Source: a bacterium (lineage in GTDB: Bacteria; Patescibacteriota; Minisyncoccia; Phycocordibacterales; Phycocordibacteraceae). Taken from it: 64,000 nt of DNA. The notes under the pieces were generated by a model. It saw nothing but the letters and a program-made list of their open reading frames with translations. It did no database searches and was not told the origin of the DNA. Positions 8,856 through 17,602 of this stretch are shown here, piece after piece. Positions within the stretch are counted from its first letter, which is position 1, and each line of letters begins with the position of its first letter. Both the position numbers and the translations under genes were made by a program. The DNA is taken from contig JAJZPB010000001.1 in the NCBI GenBank assembly GCA_021811365.1, positions 32,312 through 96,311 of the forward strand, in the 5' to 3' direction.

Positions 8856-8920
8856 TGGGAGGAAACGCTTGTTCGAAAATACGCCGCATCTACTCGACCT
8901 ACATTGAGAGCGCCGTTTCC

Positions 8921-8956
8921 ACGGCGTGATTACCCCAATCACGCTGTGCTTTTTAT
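8921..8956 (+). terminator. Rho-independent terminator after the pyrE-like gene
   Basis: acggcgtgatt-acccc-aatcacgctgt forms an 11-bp stem, followed by gctttttat. Confidence 0.6.
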
Positions 8957-9299
8957 CCCATCCATGCGAGGCATTGTACCGACGCAGACGAAAGCTATTT
9001 TGTAGCGGCAGAGACAGTGTTAAACCTCGGTTAAACCTCGCAAAGCGAGCCCTCGAGATCTTCGAGAGTTCGGAAGTGCTCGAGAAACGAGCCCTTCTCA
9101 ACGTCTTATTTCAGAGCTCGGTTGTGGACGGAAAAACCCAGTGTTTGCACTGCGTCCTCCCTTTGACACTATCCTCACCTTGACTAAACAACCTACTCTG
9201 CCCCAGGCCATATCGTTAATATAACTGTGGTGTAAAAAAGAAGGTCTTCTCGCCGTTGCTTGTGACGAGAAGACCAACGCAGGTTCTAGGTGTGCGAAC

Positions 9300-10526
9300 T
9301 CACTTCATGCGGTTGAGTAACGCAGCTTTTGCAGCAAGTTCTCTTTCGTACTGACTTGCATGCCGGTGCGCCAGTTCTCCAGCCGCCGTCGTGTAGTCGT
9401 CGAGGAGCGCTTGCAGGCGTAACGAGAGCTGAGGGTCCCCTTTGCCGACTTTCCTGAGAAGATACCGGATGAAGTCGCATTTATCGTGCCTATTTATGTC
9501 ATCCGGATTGATCCTCACGAACTCGCGAGTGCCAAGCGCTTGCCGAATTATGGCAAACCGCAACGGACGCAGGTCAGGCGTCCCGAAGGTGGTGTCGAGA
9601 AGACGACGCGCTACTCCGTACAGCGTGCCCCGGCTCCTGTTCTCCTGGAGCCAGTTTTTGTCCCCGAGTTCTGCCGCGTGTTCCAAAGTGAACGCGGCTT
9701 GTGTCGCAAGGAGTTCCCGGCTATAGGGCAGGTTCTCCATGCGCGCACACTCCACAACGCGCTTGAAGTAGAAGACGTATGGGGAAGACTGAAGAGGGCG
9801 GGATGCCGTCTCCCTCTGCAGAACCTCCTGGCGCATGAGCGCGTTGCCCCTTTGCTTCCATTCTTCCGGCACAGCTGCGGTCAACAGGAGTGCAAAGGAT
9901 TGGTACACGTACATGTAGCCATTTGCGCCGTCCACAGGAACTGTTGCTTCGAGATGAAGACTCTTGAAGAGACGCTCCAGCTGCTGCCCGTCCTCCCTGT
10001 ATAGCTCCATGAGGAAGATGATCCACGTGTTGTAGACGAAGATGTGGCCATTACGGTGATCGTGCGCGGACAGGTCCGAGCAAGGGGCTTCAGCAAGGAT
10101 CTTGGCGCTGTACACCAAAAGATCCGTCAGAAAGGCACGCAGATGGGGGGTGAGCGCCTCAGCAACGCGTTCCCGATGTTCCGGCACGAGATCCCCAAAG
10201 CAGGTGTGACTCCAAAGACCGGAGTAAACCCAGTGCCCGCACAGAGGTCGGAGGGACCGCTTACCGAATGGGTAATAACTGTCACCTCCGTACCCATAGA
10301 ACGGCACTAAGCTCTGCGCTAGGCCTCGGGCCTTGAAGGCCGGGTTGATGTCAGGGTTTTCGAGCAAGCTGTAGAGGCGATCGTCAACCCCGAGGTACTC
10401 TTCGAACAGAGCGTTCCCCGTCCTTTCAGCTTCTTCCGTCAGGCCGAAGTGGAATCGCAGCAGTTTGCGCACCGCATTGCGATAGCGCAGGGCATTGCGT
10501 TGTTCAGTTGTCTGAGCAAAAGCCAC
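9300..10526 (-). CDS. Hypothetical protein (408 aa)
   Basis: Long coherent ORF, followed on the minus strand by a ggtcttctcg/cgagaagacc hairpin plus T-tract terminator (9228-9275). No recognizable motifs. Confidence 0.55.
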   Translation of the reverse strand: MAFAQTTEQRNALRYRNAVRKLLRFHFGLTEEAERTGNALFEEYLGVDDRLYSLLENPDINPAFKARGLAQSLVPFYGYGGDSYYPFGKRSLRPLCGHWVYSGLWSHTCFGDLVPEHRERVAEALTPHLRAFLTDLLVYSAKILAEAPCSDLSAHDHRNGHIFVYNTWIIFLMELYREDGQQLERLFKSLHLEATVPVDGANGYMYVYQSFALLLTAAVPEEWKQRGNALMRQEVLQRETASRPLQSSPYVFYFKRVVECARMENLPYSRELLATQAAFTLEHAAELGDKNWLQENRSRGTLYGVARRLLDTTFGTPDLRPLRFAIIRQALGTREFVRINPDDINRHDKCDFIRYLLRKVGKGDPQLSLRLQALLDDYTTAAGELAHRHASQYERELAAKAALLNRMK

Positions 10527-10723
10527 AGCACGACTCCTTTGTGTTGTTGTGAAAGGATCTGGGCGGCCTTTTTATGGTAAGTATACGGCCACTTTGGTCC
10601 GGTCAAATTAGTACCAAAAAATACGAAATTGTCAATTAGGCGTATTGGTTCACCTATTCGCGCGCTCCCCTGGGGAGCAGGACCTACTCAGGCAGGGAAG
10701 TGGGAGTATATTAAAGTTCTTTT

Positions 10724-10785
10724 GCTCCGCATGTAGGTCATTGTTCTAACCTAGATTTAGAGGCAAGAAAGGGTATTTCTAAGCA
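10724..10785. repeat. Imperfect direct repeat, left copy (attL-like), flanking the AT-rich island
   Basis: tgctccgcatgtaggtcattgttctaacctaga...aggcaagaaagggtatttc aligns with 13184-13245. Confidence 0.6.
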
Positions 10786-10840
10786 TCAATGGCTCTTATC
10801 TATTTGTTCCAATCATCACGAAAACTGCTACGATGAAAGT

Positions 10841-11350
10841 ATGGGAAAGAAGAACAATTCAGAACATAATCCACTCAAAGAAGCATATGCGCTTTTGCAA
10901 GTATCTTCCTCGAGCGAGCTAGCTCGCGAGTTTATTAAAGAAGACCAAAGGCTCTTAAAAGCACAAATCTGGGATTACAAAAAGTCAGGACTTGTTTTAA
11001 ATATAGTTAAAGAAATAGTTGAATCTGCCATTGATAATGAGTTTACAACACGTGATAAGGACAGTGAGGATGTTTTAAAAACCATTTTATGGTTTTGGTA
11101 CCATCATGCTATCGGATATGCAATCTGGGGTTATAAAGATAAGGCGGAAGCGCTCGAGTTTTCTTCAAAGGCGCTCAAGTACCAGACTTCTGATAATCCA
11201 AATAAAATCACGCGTTTACTCTACCTCTTGGTTCGCGACGAAGAGAAAGACGCGGCTCTTTGGTTGGAAACTATCGTCAATGAACCAGATAAAACTGCTT
11301 CTCACGGAATAATGAAAGAGTATTTGGATGGAAATTTCTTCAAACCCTGA
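10841..11350 (+). CDS. Hypothetical protein (169 aa) encoded in the low-GC island
   Basis: AT-rich codon usage distinct from the surrounding genome. Trp/Tyr-rich helical protein with no assignable family. Confidence 0.55.
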   Translation: MGKKNNSEHNPLKEAYALLQVSSSSELAREFIKEDQRLLKAQIWDYKKSGLVLNIVKEIVESAIDNEFTTRDKDSEDVLKTILWFWYHHAIGYAIWGYKDKAEALEFSSKALKYQTSDNPNKITRLLYLLVRDEEKDAALWLETIVNEPDKTASHGIMKEYLDGNFFKP

Positions 11351-11460
11351 GTTCAATAAGTAAACGCAACACTTCCGCTAATCTAGTTGATATTTCTTAT
11401 TATAACATATAGTATCCCTTTTGGATGGAGGGCCCTCTGTCTATGTAGTGTAAAAGGAGA

Positions 11461-11655
11461 TTGACAGTGGCTAAATCGAACGCTTTAAGGAAGGTGGATG
11501 TCTCAGCTACCGCTCCGCTCATGTTGCGGCGCGTTACTACAAAACCACTAACGATTATTCCCATGATGAACATGACTGTCGTTTCATCGCCTGGCAGACT
11601 TCCTGAAATGAGTGATCAGGTGGGTGACACGACTGCACCAAGGCACGATCGGTAA
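11461..11655 (+). CDS. Small ORF (64 aa), a weak candidate substrate peptide for the adjacent ATP-grasp ligase
   Basis: Convergent with the ATP-grasp gene. The C-terminal half is rich in T/S/D/E (TVVSSPGRLPEMSDQVGDTTAPRHDR). Coding status uncertain. Confidence 0.15.
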   Translation: MTVAKSNALRKVDVSATAPLMLRRVTTKPLTIIPMMNMTVVSSPGRLPEMSDQVGDTTAPRHDR

Positions 11656-11726
11656 GTTCGAATAAGTAGAAATAAGGCCGGAGCAGTGATGCTCCGGCCT
11701 TATATATTTGCTCAAAACTACAGATT

Positions 11727-12770
11727 TCAAAGCGACTTGAGCATGCTTGCGACAGCTTGCGGAATCGATAATTCTGCGTAGTGTTCAATCCACCCCCATT
11801 GCCCGCAAGGGTTTACTTCAAGAAAGACGTATTCTCCATTGGGCATTTCTATGAGATCAATTGCGCCGTAGTTTAATTCAATTTTCCGCATGAAGCGAAG
11901 TAAGTGCTTCTGAACTATAATTGGGAGTTCGACACGAATGTGTTCAACATTGTCGAAGTCGTAGTGACGCCAATCAGTCCTTGTCATTGAACTTGCTTGA
12001 GAGTCAATCCGACATGCCAAGACCTGATTGCCTATTACCATAACCCTGTACTCGTAACGTTTCTCAACGTATTGTTGCGCAAAGAGAGGACATGCTTGTA
12101 TTGCGTCTGGGCTGTTGAGTAACTCCTCATGCGAGAATCGCTCGGAATACAAGAAGTCATTACCAGCCGCGTCCAATTTCATATAGCCAAGCGTTTTTAG
12201 AAGAAGGCCATTTTCTTTTGTGGAAAAGGCCATAACACTTTCTGGATCATTGCTGATGATGGTTTGCGGAGTCTTGAGCCCGCAGCGTTGCGCAATTTGC
12301 TGCTGATACAATTTGTTACTGGAAACGCGGACGATGCTTTCTTTCCGGTTAACCCATTTGCAATCAAGAACAGATACGAACGATAGAAATGCACATCGCG
12401 ATTCATTTTCCGCAAAACGTATTTCCAAGGACGCATCAGCCTCTCGCGCATCATCACTGCTCTCGCGTATATACCACGCAACATCGATGTCTCGGATCTG
12501 AAGACGAGCTTCCACAAGTTCTTGCTCGACATATTTCAGCACATCGATGAACCCAAGAACAGAACCGGAATCATCAAGTGCCATATGTATAACGGCCTGA
12601 TCGAGGATTCGACCCGGGTCAAAGACATAGACACACAGACCTACTTCTATGCATGGAGCAACGAAGGCGTCGTAGTAATAACGCTCACTGAGGCTAGCTA
12701 CAAACAGAACATTTTTCACGAGCGTTCTCCCTTTCATGGATCGATGAATCGTCCAAAGAAAAGGATACAA
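11727..12770 (-). CDS. ATP-grasp family ligase (RimK/MdnC-like)
   Basis: 347 aa. YEYRVMVIGNQVLACRIDSQ...RTDWRHYDFDN...GAIDLIEMPNGEYVFLEVNPCGQWGWI matches the ATP-grasp C-terminal core, including the E-x-N Mg-binding motif. Confidence 0.8.
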   Translation of the reverse strand: MYPFLWTIHRSMKGRTLVKNVLFVASLSERYYYDAFVAPCIEVGLCVYVFDPGRILDQAVIHMALDDSGSVLGFIDVLKYVEQELVEARLQIRDIDVAWYIRESSDDAREADASLEIRFAENESRCAFLSFVSVLDCKWVNRKESIVRVSSNKLYQQQIAQRCGLKTPQTIISNDPESVMAFSTKENGLLLKTLGYMKLDAAGNDFLYSERFSHEELLNSPDAIQACPLFAQQYVEKRYEYRVMVIGNQVLACRIDSQASSMTRTDWRHYDFDNVEHIRVELPIIVQKHLLRFMRKIELNYGAIDLIEMPNGEYVFLEVNPCGQWGWIEHYAELSIPQAVASMLKSL

Positions 12771-13183
12771 CGAATCTAATGTTTTTCAATAGTTCATAGC
12801 TGACGACTTTGAAACTATTAACTGGGCTAAGGAGTATCCCGCGCCGGACTTCACGATACAGCAAATCAAGGCGGGTTCCGGCCGACATTGGTGGAGCGGA
12901 CGCCGCACGCATCGAGGAGATCAAAGGCACCCCCTCAATCTGATTGTGGGAGTGGCCGAAGTATTCCGTAGTGGCAATATAGAGGAGAAAAAGGAGGCTC
13001 TTCCAGAGCCCGGTTAGAACCTAGAACTCAAAGGCAAAAAACTCAGTGTTTCCACCAAGAAAGACCTTGAGGTGACTTCAAAAAGCTTTCTTGCGGTACG
13101 TGCGTAAAATCCGGTGTTTGAACCTAGAAATTGTGAGGCAGATAAAGACGAAACGGAGGCTTTCGCCTCCGTTCGTCCAGTCT

Positions 13184-13245
13184 TGCTCCGCATGTAGGTC
13201 ATTACTCTAACCTAAGGACGCGAGGAAGAATAAGGGTATTTCAGA
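13184..13245. repeat. Imperfect direct repeat, right copy (attR-like), flanking the AT-rich island
   Basis: tgctccgcatgtaggtcattactctaacctaagga..gaggaagaataagggtatttc aligns with 10724-10785. Confidence 0.6.
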
Positions 13246-13327
13246 GTCTTCGAGCCACGGGTCGGCCTGTTGAGACACTCGCGCCCCAGAGGACCACAGC
13301 AGGCCACAAGAGAGGTATGATGGGAGC

Positions 13328-14044
13328 ATGTCTCCAGACGAGATCGGGAAAGCGGCAATCGACTTTGCCAAGAAAAACAAGAATAAGATCGCCAATGAGC
13401 TCACCGACCTCAGCCGCTTCGTACCGGATGATCATCCGATTTCTGTGTTTATGGCGGGGTCACCGGGTGCGGGTAAGACCGAGTTCTCAAAGGAACTTCT
13501 CGGCATATTGGAGGCAGATGACCAACGTAAGGTGGTGCGTATTGATGGCGATGATATACGCGAGCGTATGCCGGGGTATGTCGGCAACAATTCGGCCTTG
13601 TTTCAAGGCGCAATTTCCATAGTAGTTGAGAAGATTCACGACCTCGTACTCGACAAGAAACAGAGCTTTATTCTCGATGGAACGTTCTCGAAATACGATA
13701 AGGCCGCGGACAACATTCGGCGTTCATTGCGCAAGAACCGAATCGTCTTTATTTTCTACGTCTACCAAACGCCCCATACCGCGTGGCGGTTTACTCAAGC
13801 CCGCGAGCGCCTCGAGGGGAGAAACATACCAAAGTCTGCCTTTATCGAGCAGTTCTGCGGGGCTAAGGAAACAGTCGAGCGGCTACATCGAGAGTTCACG
13901 GATAAAATAGTACTCTTCTTGGTGAAGAAAGACTTCAGTACGAGCGCAACTGAGGAGGTGGTAAAAATGATTGATCCAGCCACGTCGATTGACTCATATA
14001 TCGGCGAGCGATACACTAAAGAAGAACTTGAGAAATCACTATGA
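13328..14044 (+). CDS. Zeta-toxin family kinase (PezT/zeta-like, P-loop)
   Basis: 238 aa. The Walker A motif VFMAGSPGAGKTEF and the VVRIDGDDIRE motif are characteristic of zeta toxin UNAG kinases. Confidence 0.75.
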   Translation: MSPDEIGKAAIDFAKKNKNKIANELTDLSRFVPDDHPISVFMAGSPGAGKTEFSKELLGILEADDQRKVVRIDGDDIRERMPGYVGNNSALFQGAISIVVEKIHDLVLDKKQSFILDGTFSKYDKAADNIRRSLRKNRIVFIFYVYQTPHTAWRFTQARERLEGRNIPKSAFIEQFCGAKETVERLHREFTDKIVLFLVKKDFSTSATEEVVKMIDPATSIDSYIGERYTKEELEKSL

Positions 14045-14253
14045 AATGGCTTACAAAAATACTACGAAATGACGAACCTGAGGCGACAACTGTCGCTCGC
14101 ACGCCGTACATGAGCGAGTATAACGGCCTTTCGGATTTTCTTCGCAATGCTCCACAGCAAGAAAAGATTGATGTTTTTACAGAAGCTGCAAAACGTGCAA
14201 GCGAAGATCAAAGACGAACGCTTGAGAGGGCCAGAGTTCTGCACTCCAGCTAA
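14041..14253 (+). CDS. Small hypothetical protein (70 aa) overlapping the zeta-toxin stop by 4 nt (ATGA)
   Basis: Translational coupling to the zeta-like gene. Acidic/helical sequence. Possible cognate antitoxin in a non-canonical (downstream) position. Confidence 0.35.
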   Translation: MKWLTKILRNDEPEATTVARTPYMSEYNGLSDFLRNAPQQEKIDVFTEAAKRASEDQRRTLERARVLHSS

Positions 14254-14326
14254 AAACTAAAGAGCGTCACCCTCGGGTGACGCTCTTTAGTGTGCCTGTC
14301 TCCAGGCGTAACATACATTGCCCAGT

Positions 14327-14398
14327 ATAGGCTAGCTCCGCGGGTAGGATTCGAACCTACGACCAATCGATTAACAGTCGACCGCTCTACCACTGAGC
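14327..14398 (-). tRNA. tRNA-Asn (anticodon GTT)
   Basis: The reverse complement folds as a cloverleaf: acceptor tccgcgg/ccgcgga, D-arm gctc-agtggta-gagc, anticodon stem gtcga/tcgat with loop ctGTTaa, and T-arm gtagg-ttcgaat-cctac. CCA is not encoded. Confidence 0.85.
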
Positions 14399-14531
14399 TA
14401 CCGCGGAATGCGTCTTTGCCAACAAGAGAATGCAAGAGGCCCTTCTCGGCACGCCTCTCAAAGAGGCATGGGCATTGTAGCGGAAAAAGTTAGCAACGCA
14501 AAGGGCGGAAAAGGTTTGGTATAGTGCGCGT

Positions 14532-14774
14532 GTGTATAGGCTTTTTTATCGTCCTACCTGTCCGTACTGTCTGAAAGTGCTTCGCGCCAGCTGTGATCTT
14601 GGAGTCGAGCTAGACCTCCACGATATCGCGGAGGAACCAAACCGCGCGGCACTTATAGAGCGCGGTGGAAAACAGCAGGTACCTTTTTTCGTTGACGAGG
14701 AGAAAGGCATCGCGATGTACGAGTCGGATGATATCGTTGCGTATCTCGAAAGCGCTAAGAAGCTTTCAGCCTAA
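14532..14774 (+). CDS. Glutaredoxin-like protein (CPYC active site)
   Basis: 80 aa with RPTCPYCLKV at the N-terminus and a thioredoxin-fold pattern. Confidence 0.8.
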   Translation: MYRLFYRPTCPYCLKVLRASCDLGVELDLHDIAEEPNRAALIERGGKQQVPFFVDEEKGIAMYESDDIVAYLESAKKLSA

Positions 14775-14776
14775 GT

Positions 14777-15007
14777 ATGTATGTAAAAGTGTTCGTGGTA
14801 GCTGACGCAAAGCGAGAATCGGTTACGATGCGGGGCAATGCTTTTGAAATAACTGTGCGCGAACCGGCGCAGCAGAACAGAGCAAACACTCGAGTGCGCG
14901 AGATTATCGCGGCACATTTTGTTGTCCCGCTTGCTCAAGTGAGGATCATAAGCGGATATCATACAGGAGCAAAAATGCTCTCATTGCCGGACGCCGAGCA
15001 GAAATGA
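14777..15007 (+). CDS. DUF167/YggU family protein
   Basis: 76 aa. ...RGNAFEITVREPAQQNRANT...ISGYHT matches the UPF0235/YggU pattern. Starts 3 nt after the glutaredoxin stop. Confidence 0.65.
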   Translation: MYVKVFVVADAKRESVTMRGNAFEITVREPAQQNRANTRVREIIAAHFVVPLAQVRIISGYHTGAKMLSLPDAEQK

Positions 15008-15045
15008 AATACGCCCGCGGCTGTGCCGCGGGCGTATTTCATTTT

Positions 15046-15597
15046 TTACGAACGCAGGCTCTTGAGGTAGGCGAGCATGGTGTCCGCATCAGAGACCTCG
15101 AACGGGTCATCCGATGCATTGTCGGCAAGGCCAGGCTCGATGAAAAGCTTCTTAATTTTGCCATCTTCGACGTACATCGAGTATCGCCAGGAACGGTCGC
15201 CGAAACCAAGATTCTCCTTCTTCACGAGCATGCCCATGCCTCGGGTGAAGTCCGCGTTGCCGTCCGGAAGCATTTTCACCTTCGACACGCCAAGTTTATC
15301 CGCCCACTGTTTCATCACGAAAGCGTCATTGACCGCGATGCAGTATAGGTCGTCGATGCCGAGAGATCTAAATTCATCGTAGTGCCTCTCGTATCCGGGA
15401 AGGTGGGTAGAGGAACAGGTGGGGGTAAATGCGCCGGGGAGTCCAAATACGACAACTTTTCTACCATCGAAAATTTCACTCGCGGATACGTCCTGCCAAC
15501 GGTACGGATTCTCGCCGCCGACCGATTCGTCGCGCACGCGCGTTTTAAACACGACGGATGGAACTTGCGCGCCTTCTGTTGTTGGTTTTTGCGCCAT
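15046..15597 (-). CDS. Peroxiredoxin, Prx5-type (AhpC/TSA family)
   Basis: 183 aa. VVFGLPGAFTPTCSSTHLPGY contains the peroxidatic Cys in the PGAFTPTCS motif typical of Prx5. Confidence 0.85.
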   Translation of the reverse strand: MAQKPTTEGAQVPSVVFKTRVRDESVGGENPYRWQDVSASEIFDGRKVVVFGLPGAFTPTCSSTHLPGYERHYDEFRSLGIDDLYCIAVNDAFVMKQWADKLGVSKVKMLPDGNADFTRGMGMLVKKENLGFGDRSWRYSMYVEDGKIKKLFIEPGLADNASDDPFEVSDADTMLAYLKSLRS

Positions 15598-15665
15598 ATA
15601 TACTGTATGACAGGTTACTACTAGTAGAGGGAGTATACACTAATGGCCTAATCCGCAGCATTCCT

Positions 15666-16031
15666 ATGAATATCTCCTTTAACACAACGCAATTTGCCGA
15701 TATATCAGAAACGTCGCGCATAGCGGTGGAAGTCAAACTGCGCCCGATTGAACGGCTACTCGCGAGCGATAAGGACGTCGCGCTGCTTGACGTGGAGCTT
15801 GCGCATGCGCCACCGGAGGGTCGTTCTGCAACCCCAGTGCGGCTTACGGCAACGCTCCAGTTCAAAAACTACGTACTGCACGCAGAAGCAGTGAAGCCGA
15901 CGCCAGAGAGCGCCGCCGACCGCGTGCGTTCGGCGCTCGAGCAGGAGATACGCAGAGTACGGGGGAAAAAGCGCGGACTAGTGAAGCGCGGTGCGGCGCA
16001 GCTGAAAAAGATGCTGCGGTTCGGGGCGTGA
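15666..16031 (+). CDS. hpf: Ribosome hibernation promoting factor / RaiA (YfiA) family
   Basis: Start taken at the internal ATG at 15666. MNISFNTTQF...IAVEVKL...LTATLQFKNYVLHAEA matches the HPF beta-alpha-beta-beta-beta-alpha fold signature. Confidence 0.7.
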   Translation: MNISFNTTQFADISETSRIAVEVKLRPIERLLASDKDVALLDVELAHAPPEGRSATPVRLTATLQFKNYVLHAEAVKPTPESAADRVRSALEQEIRRVRGKKRGLVKRGAAQLKKMLRFGA

Positions 16032-16046
16032 ACAAGAGCGCGGCGC

Positions 16047-16919
16047 CTACGGCGCCGCGCTCTTTTTGGCAAACTCTGAGTATGTCATTTCTCTTTTCCC
16101 CTCGGGGATGACGCGCTCAATAACGAATGCGCCGTTTACCAGCACTGCCTTCGTAATTTTTACGCGGCTGCCATGCGGGGTGAAAAAATGCGTGCCAATG
16201 GTATCCGTATACGCGCGGTACTTGTTCCAGTTCTCCTCACCGGGAGCAGAGAGGTCAAGTTGTCCGTCTTCCTTTTTAAACTTACGCGCACGCGTTGCTT
16301 CTGACTCGTCTTGTGCAGTCGGCGTGCACAGTCCCTCTTCAAATGCGGGGAGCGTTTCGATAAGCAGTTTTGCGCCCGCCTCGATGAGCCGCGGACGCAG
16401 TTCCCGTGCCGTTTCGCCGGGAGTGATGGCGAGCGTTTCTTGCGCGAGTATATCGCCTGCGTCAAGCTTCCGAACCATTTTTTGAATAGTTACGCCTGTC
16501 TCACGTTCTCCGTTAAGAAGCGCTGTTTCCATCGGCGTCGCGCCGCGATACTTCGGGAGCAGGGAGTAGTGGACGTTGAGTACGCCAAGGGGGAACGCAG
16601 CAATGAGCTCCTCCGGGAAGATTTTTCCGTACGCAACGACGACTGCGTACGAGGCGCCAAACGCGGCAATGGACGCTTGTGCAGCTGAGTCAAGTTCGGG
16701 CGGCGTTAGCACAGGGATGCCGCGCTCCTCCGCAAGCCGCCTGACCGGAGAAGGCTGCAGTTCAAGGCCGCGTCCTTGTGGCGCGTCAGGGTTGGTGATG
16801 ACTACTCTCGGCGTAAAGTCTGCCTCAAGCAATGCCTCAAGCGTATGAGCGGCAACCGAGGGAGTGCCAAAGAACACAAATGGCTTACACAGTTGCGTCA
16901 TGGTTCGGCGAGGTTTCAA
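16047..16919 (-). CDS. fmt: Methionyl-tRNA formyltransferase
   Basis: FFGTPSVAAHTLEAL...VVITNPDAPQGRGL...LNVHYSLLPKYRGATP matches Fmt N- and C-terminal domain signatures. Overlaps the def 3' end. Confidence 0.9.
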   Translation of the reverse strand: MKPRRTMTQLCKPFVFFGTPSVAAHTLEALLEADFTPRVVITNPDAPQGRGLELQPSPVRRLAEERGIPVLTPPELDSAAQASIAAFGASYAVVVAYGKIFPEELIAAFPLGVLNVHYSLLPKYRGATPMETALLNGERETGVTIQKMVRKLDAGDILAQETLAITPGETARELRPRLIEAGAKLLIETLPAFEEGLCTPTAQDESEATRARKFKKEDGQLDLSAPGEENWNKYRAYTDTIGTHFFTPHGSRVKITKAVLVNGAFVIERVIPEGKREMTYSEFAKKSAAP

Positions 16920-17430
16920 TCAGGTGGTCGGCGTGGTCGATAAAAAGTATGCCGTTTAGGTGATCAGTTTCGTGTTCAAATATCTGGGCGAGGAGCCCTC
17001 CTCCGCCACGCTCAAAACGCGTGCCGTTAGGGTGCCGCGCGCGCACGGTAACGCGCTCGTGGCGCCGCGTGGTGCCGTACACGCCGCGAACCGAGAGACA
17101 CCCTTCCTCCATTTCAGCTCGACGGCGCGAGGTTTTGACGATTTCTGGATTGATATAAACGTCCACCTGTGGCCCGGGTGCCGGCAGCGCGTCCGGCTCG
17201 TTTTCATCGTGAGGAGGTGCCGGAAGGGTGCGGTCGACGCGCACGATGAAAATGCGATAGGGAACAGCGATTTGCGGTGCGGCAAGTGCAACCCCGTCCG
17301 GCTCGCGGTTGAGCGCCTCAGCCATGTCCTGCAGAATAGACATAAGCTTCTGAGACCCGAAAAGGTTTTCGGGTACTGGCACGGCGATTTCGCGCAATAC
17401 GGGCGCATCCTCTTGCACGATGGTCTTCAT
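16885..17430 (-). CDS. def: Peptide deformylase
   Basis: Motifs GxGxAAxQ-like (ALAAPQIAV), EGCLS and HEHETDHLNG are present. Confidence 0.9.
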   Translation of the reverse strand: MKTIVQEDAPVLREIAVPVPENLFGSQKLMSILQDMAEALNREPDGVALAAPQIAVPYRIFIVRVDRTLPAPPHDENEPDALPAPGPQVDVYINPEIVKTSRRRAEMEEGCLSVRGVYGTTRRHERVTVRARHPNGTRFERGGGGLLAQIFEHETDHLNGILFIDHADHLIETSPNHDATV

Positions 17431-17602
17431 ATGGCAAAAAATAACAGAAAACGCATCGGATTCCTACCGATGCGTGAGAAAGGGCGTCTGAAGAGGGTGC
17501 CGGCTGGCGCGTTTGCGCGGTGTCCCGGGGAGGGGTAGCGCGCCAGCCGGCGCAGCTTGTCTCAAGGGTGAGCAGCAAACTGCACGTGCATTCTACCACA
17601 AT

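Noticed and set aside
11461-13202. Confident assignment of a graspetide precursor (11461-11655 + or 13014-13202 -)
   Set aside because: Neither ORF shows a recognizable leader motif or a clear TxKxPSDx(E/D)-type core. Retained only as low-confidence candidates.
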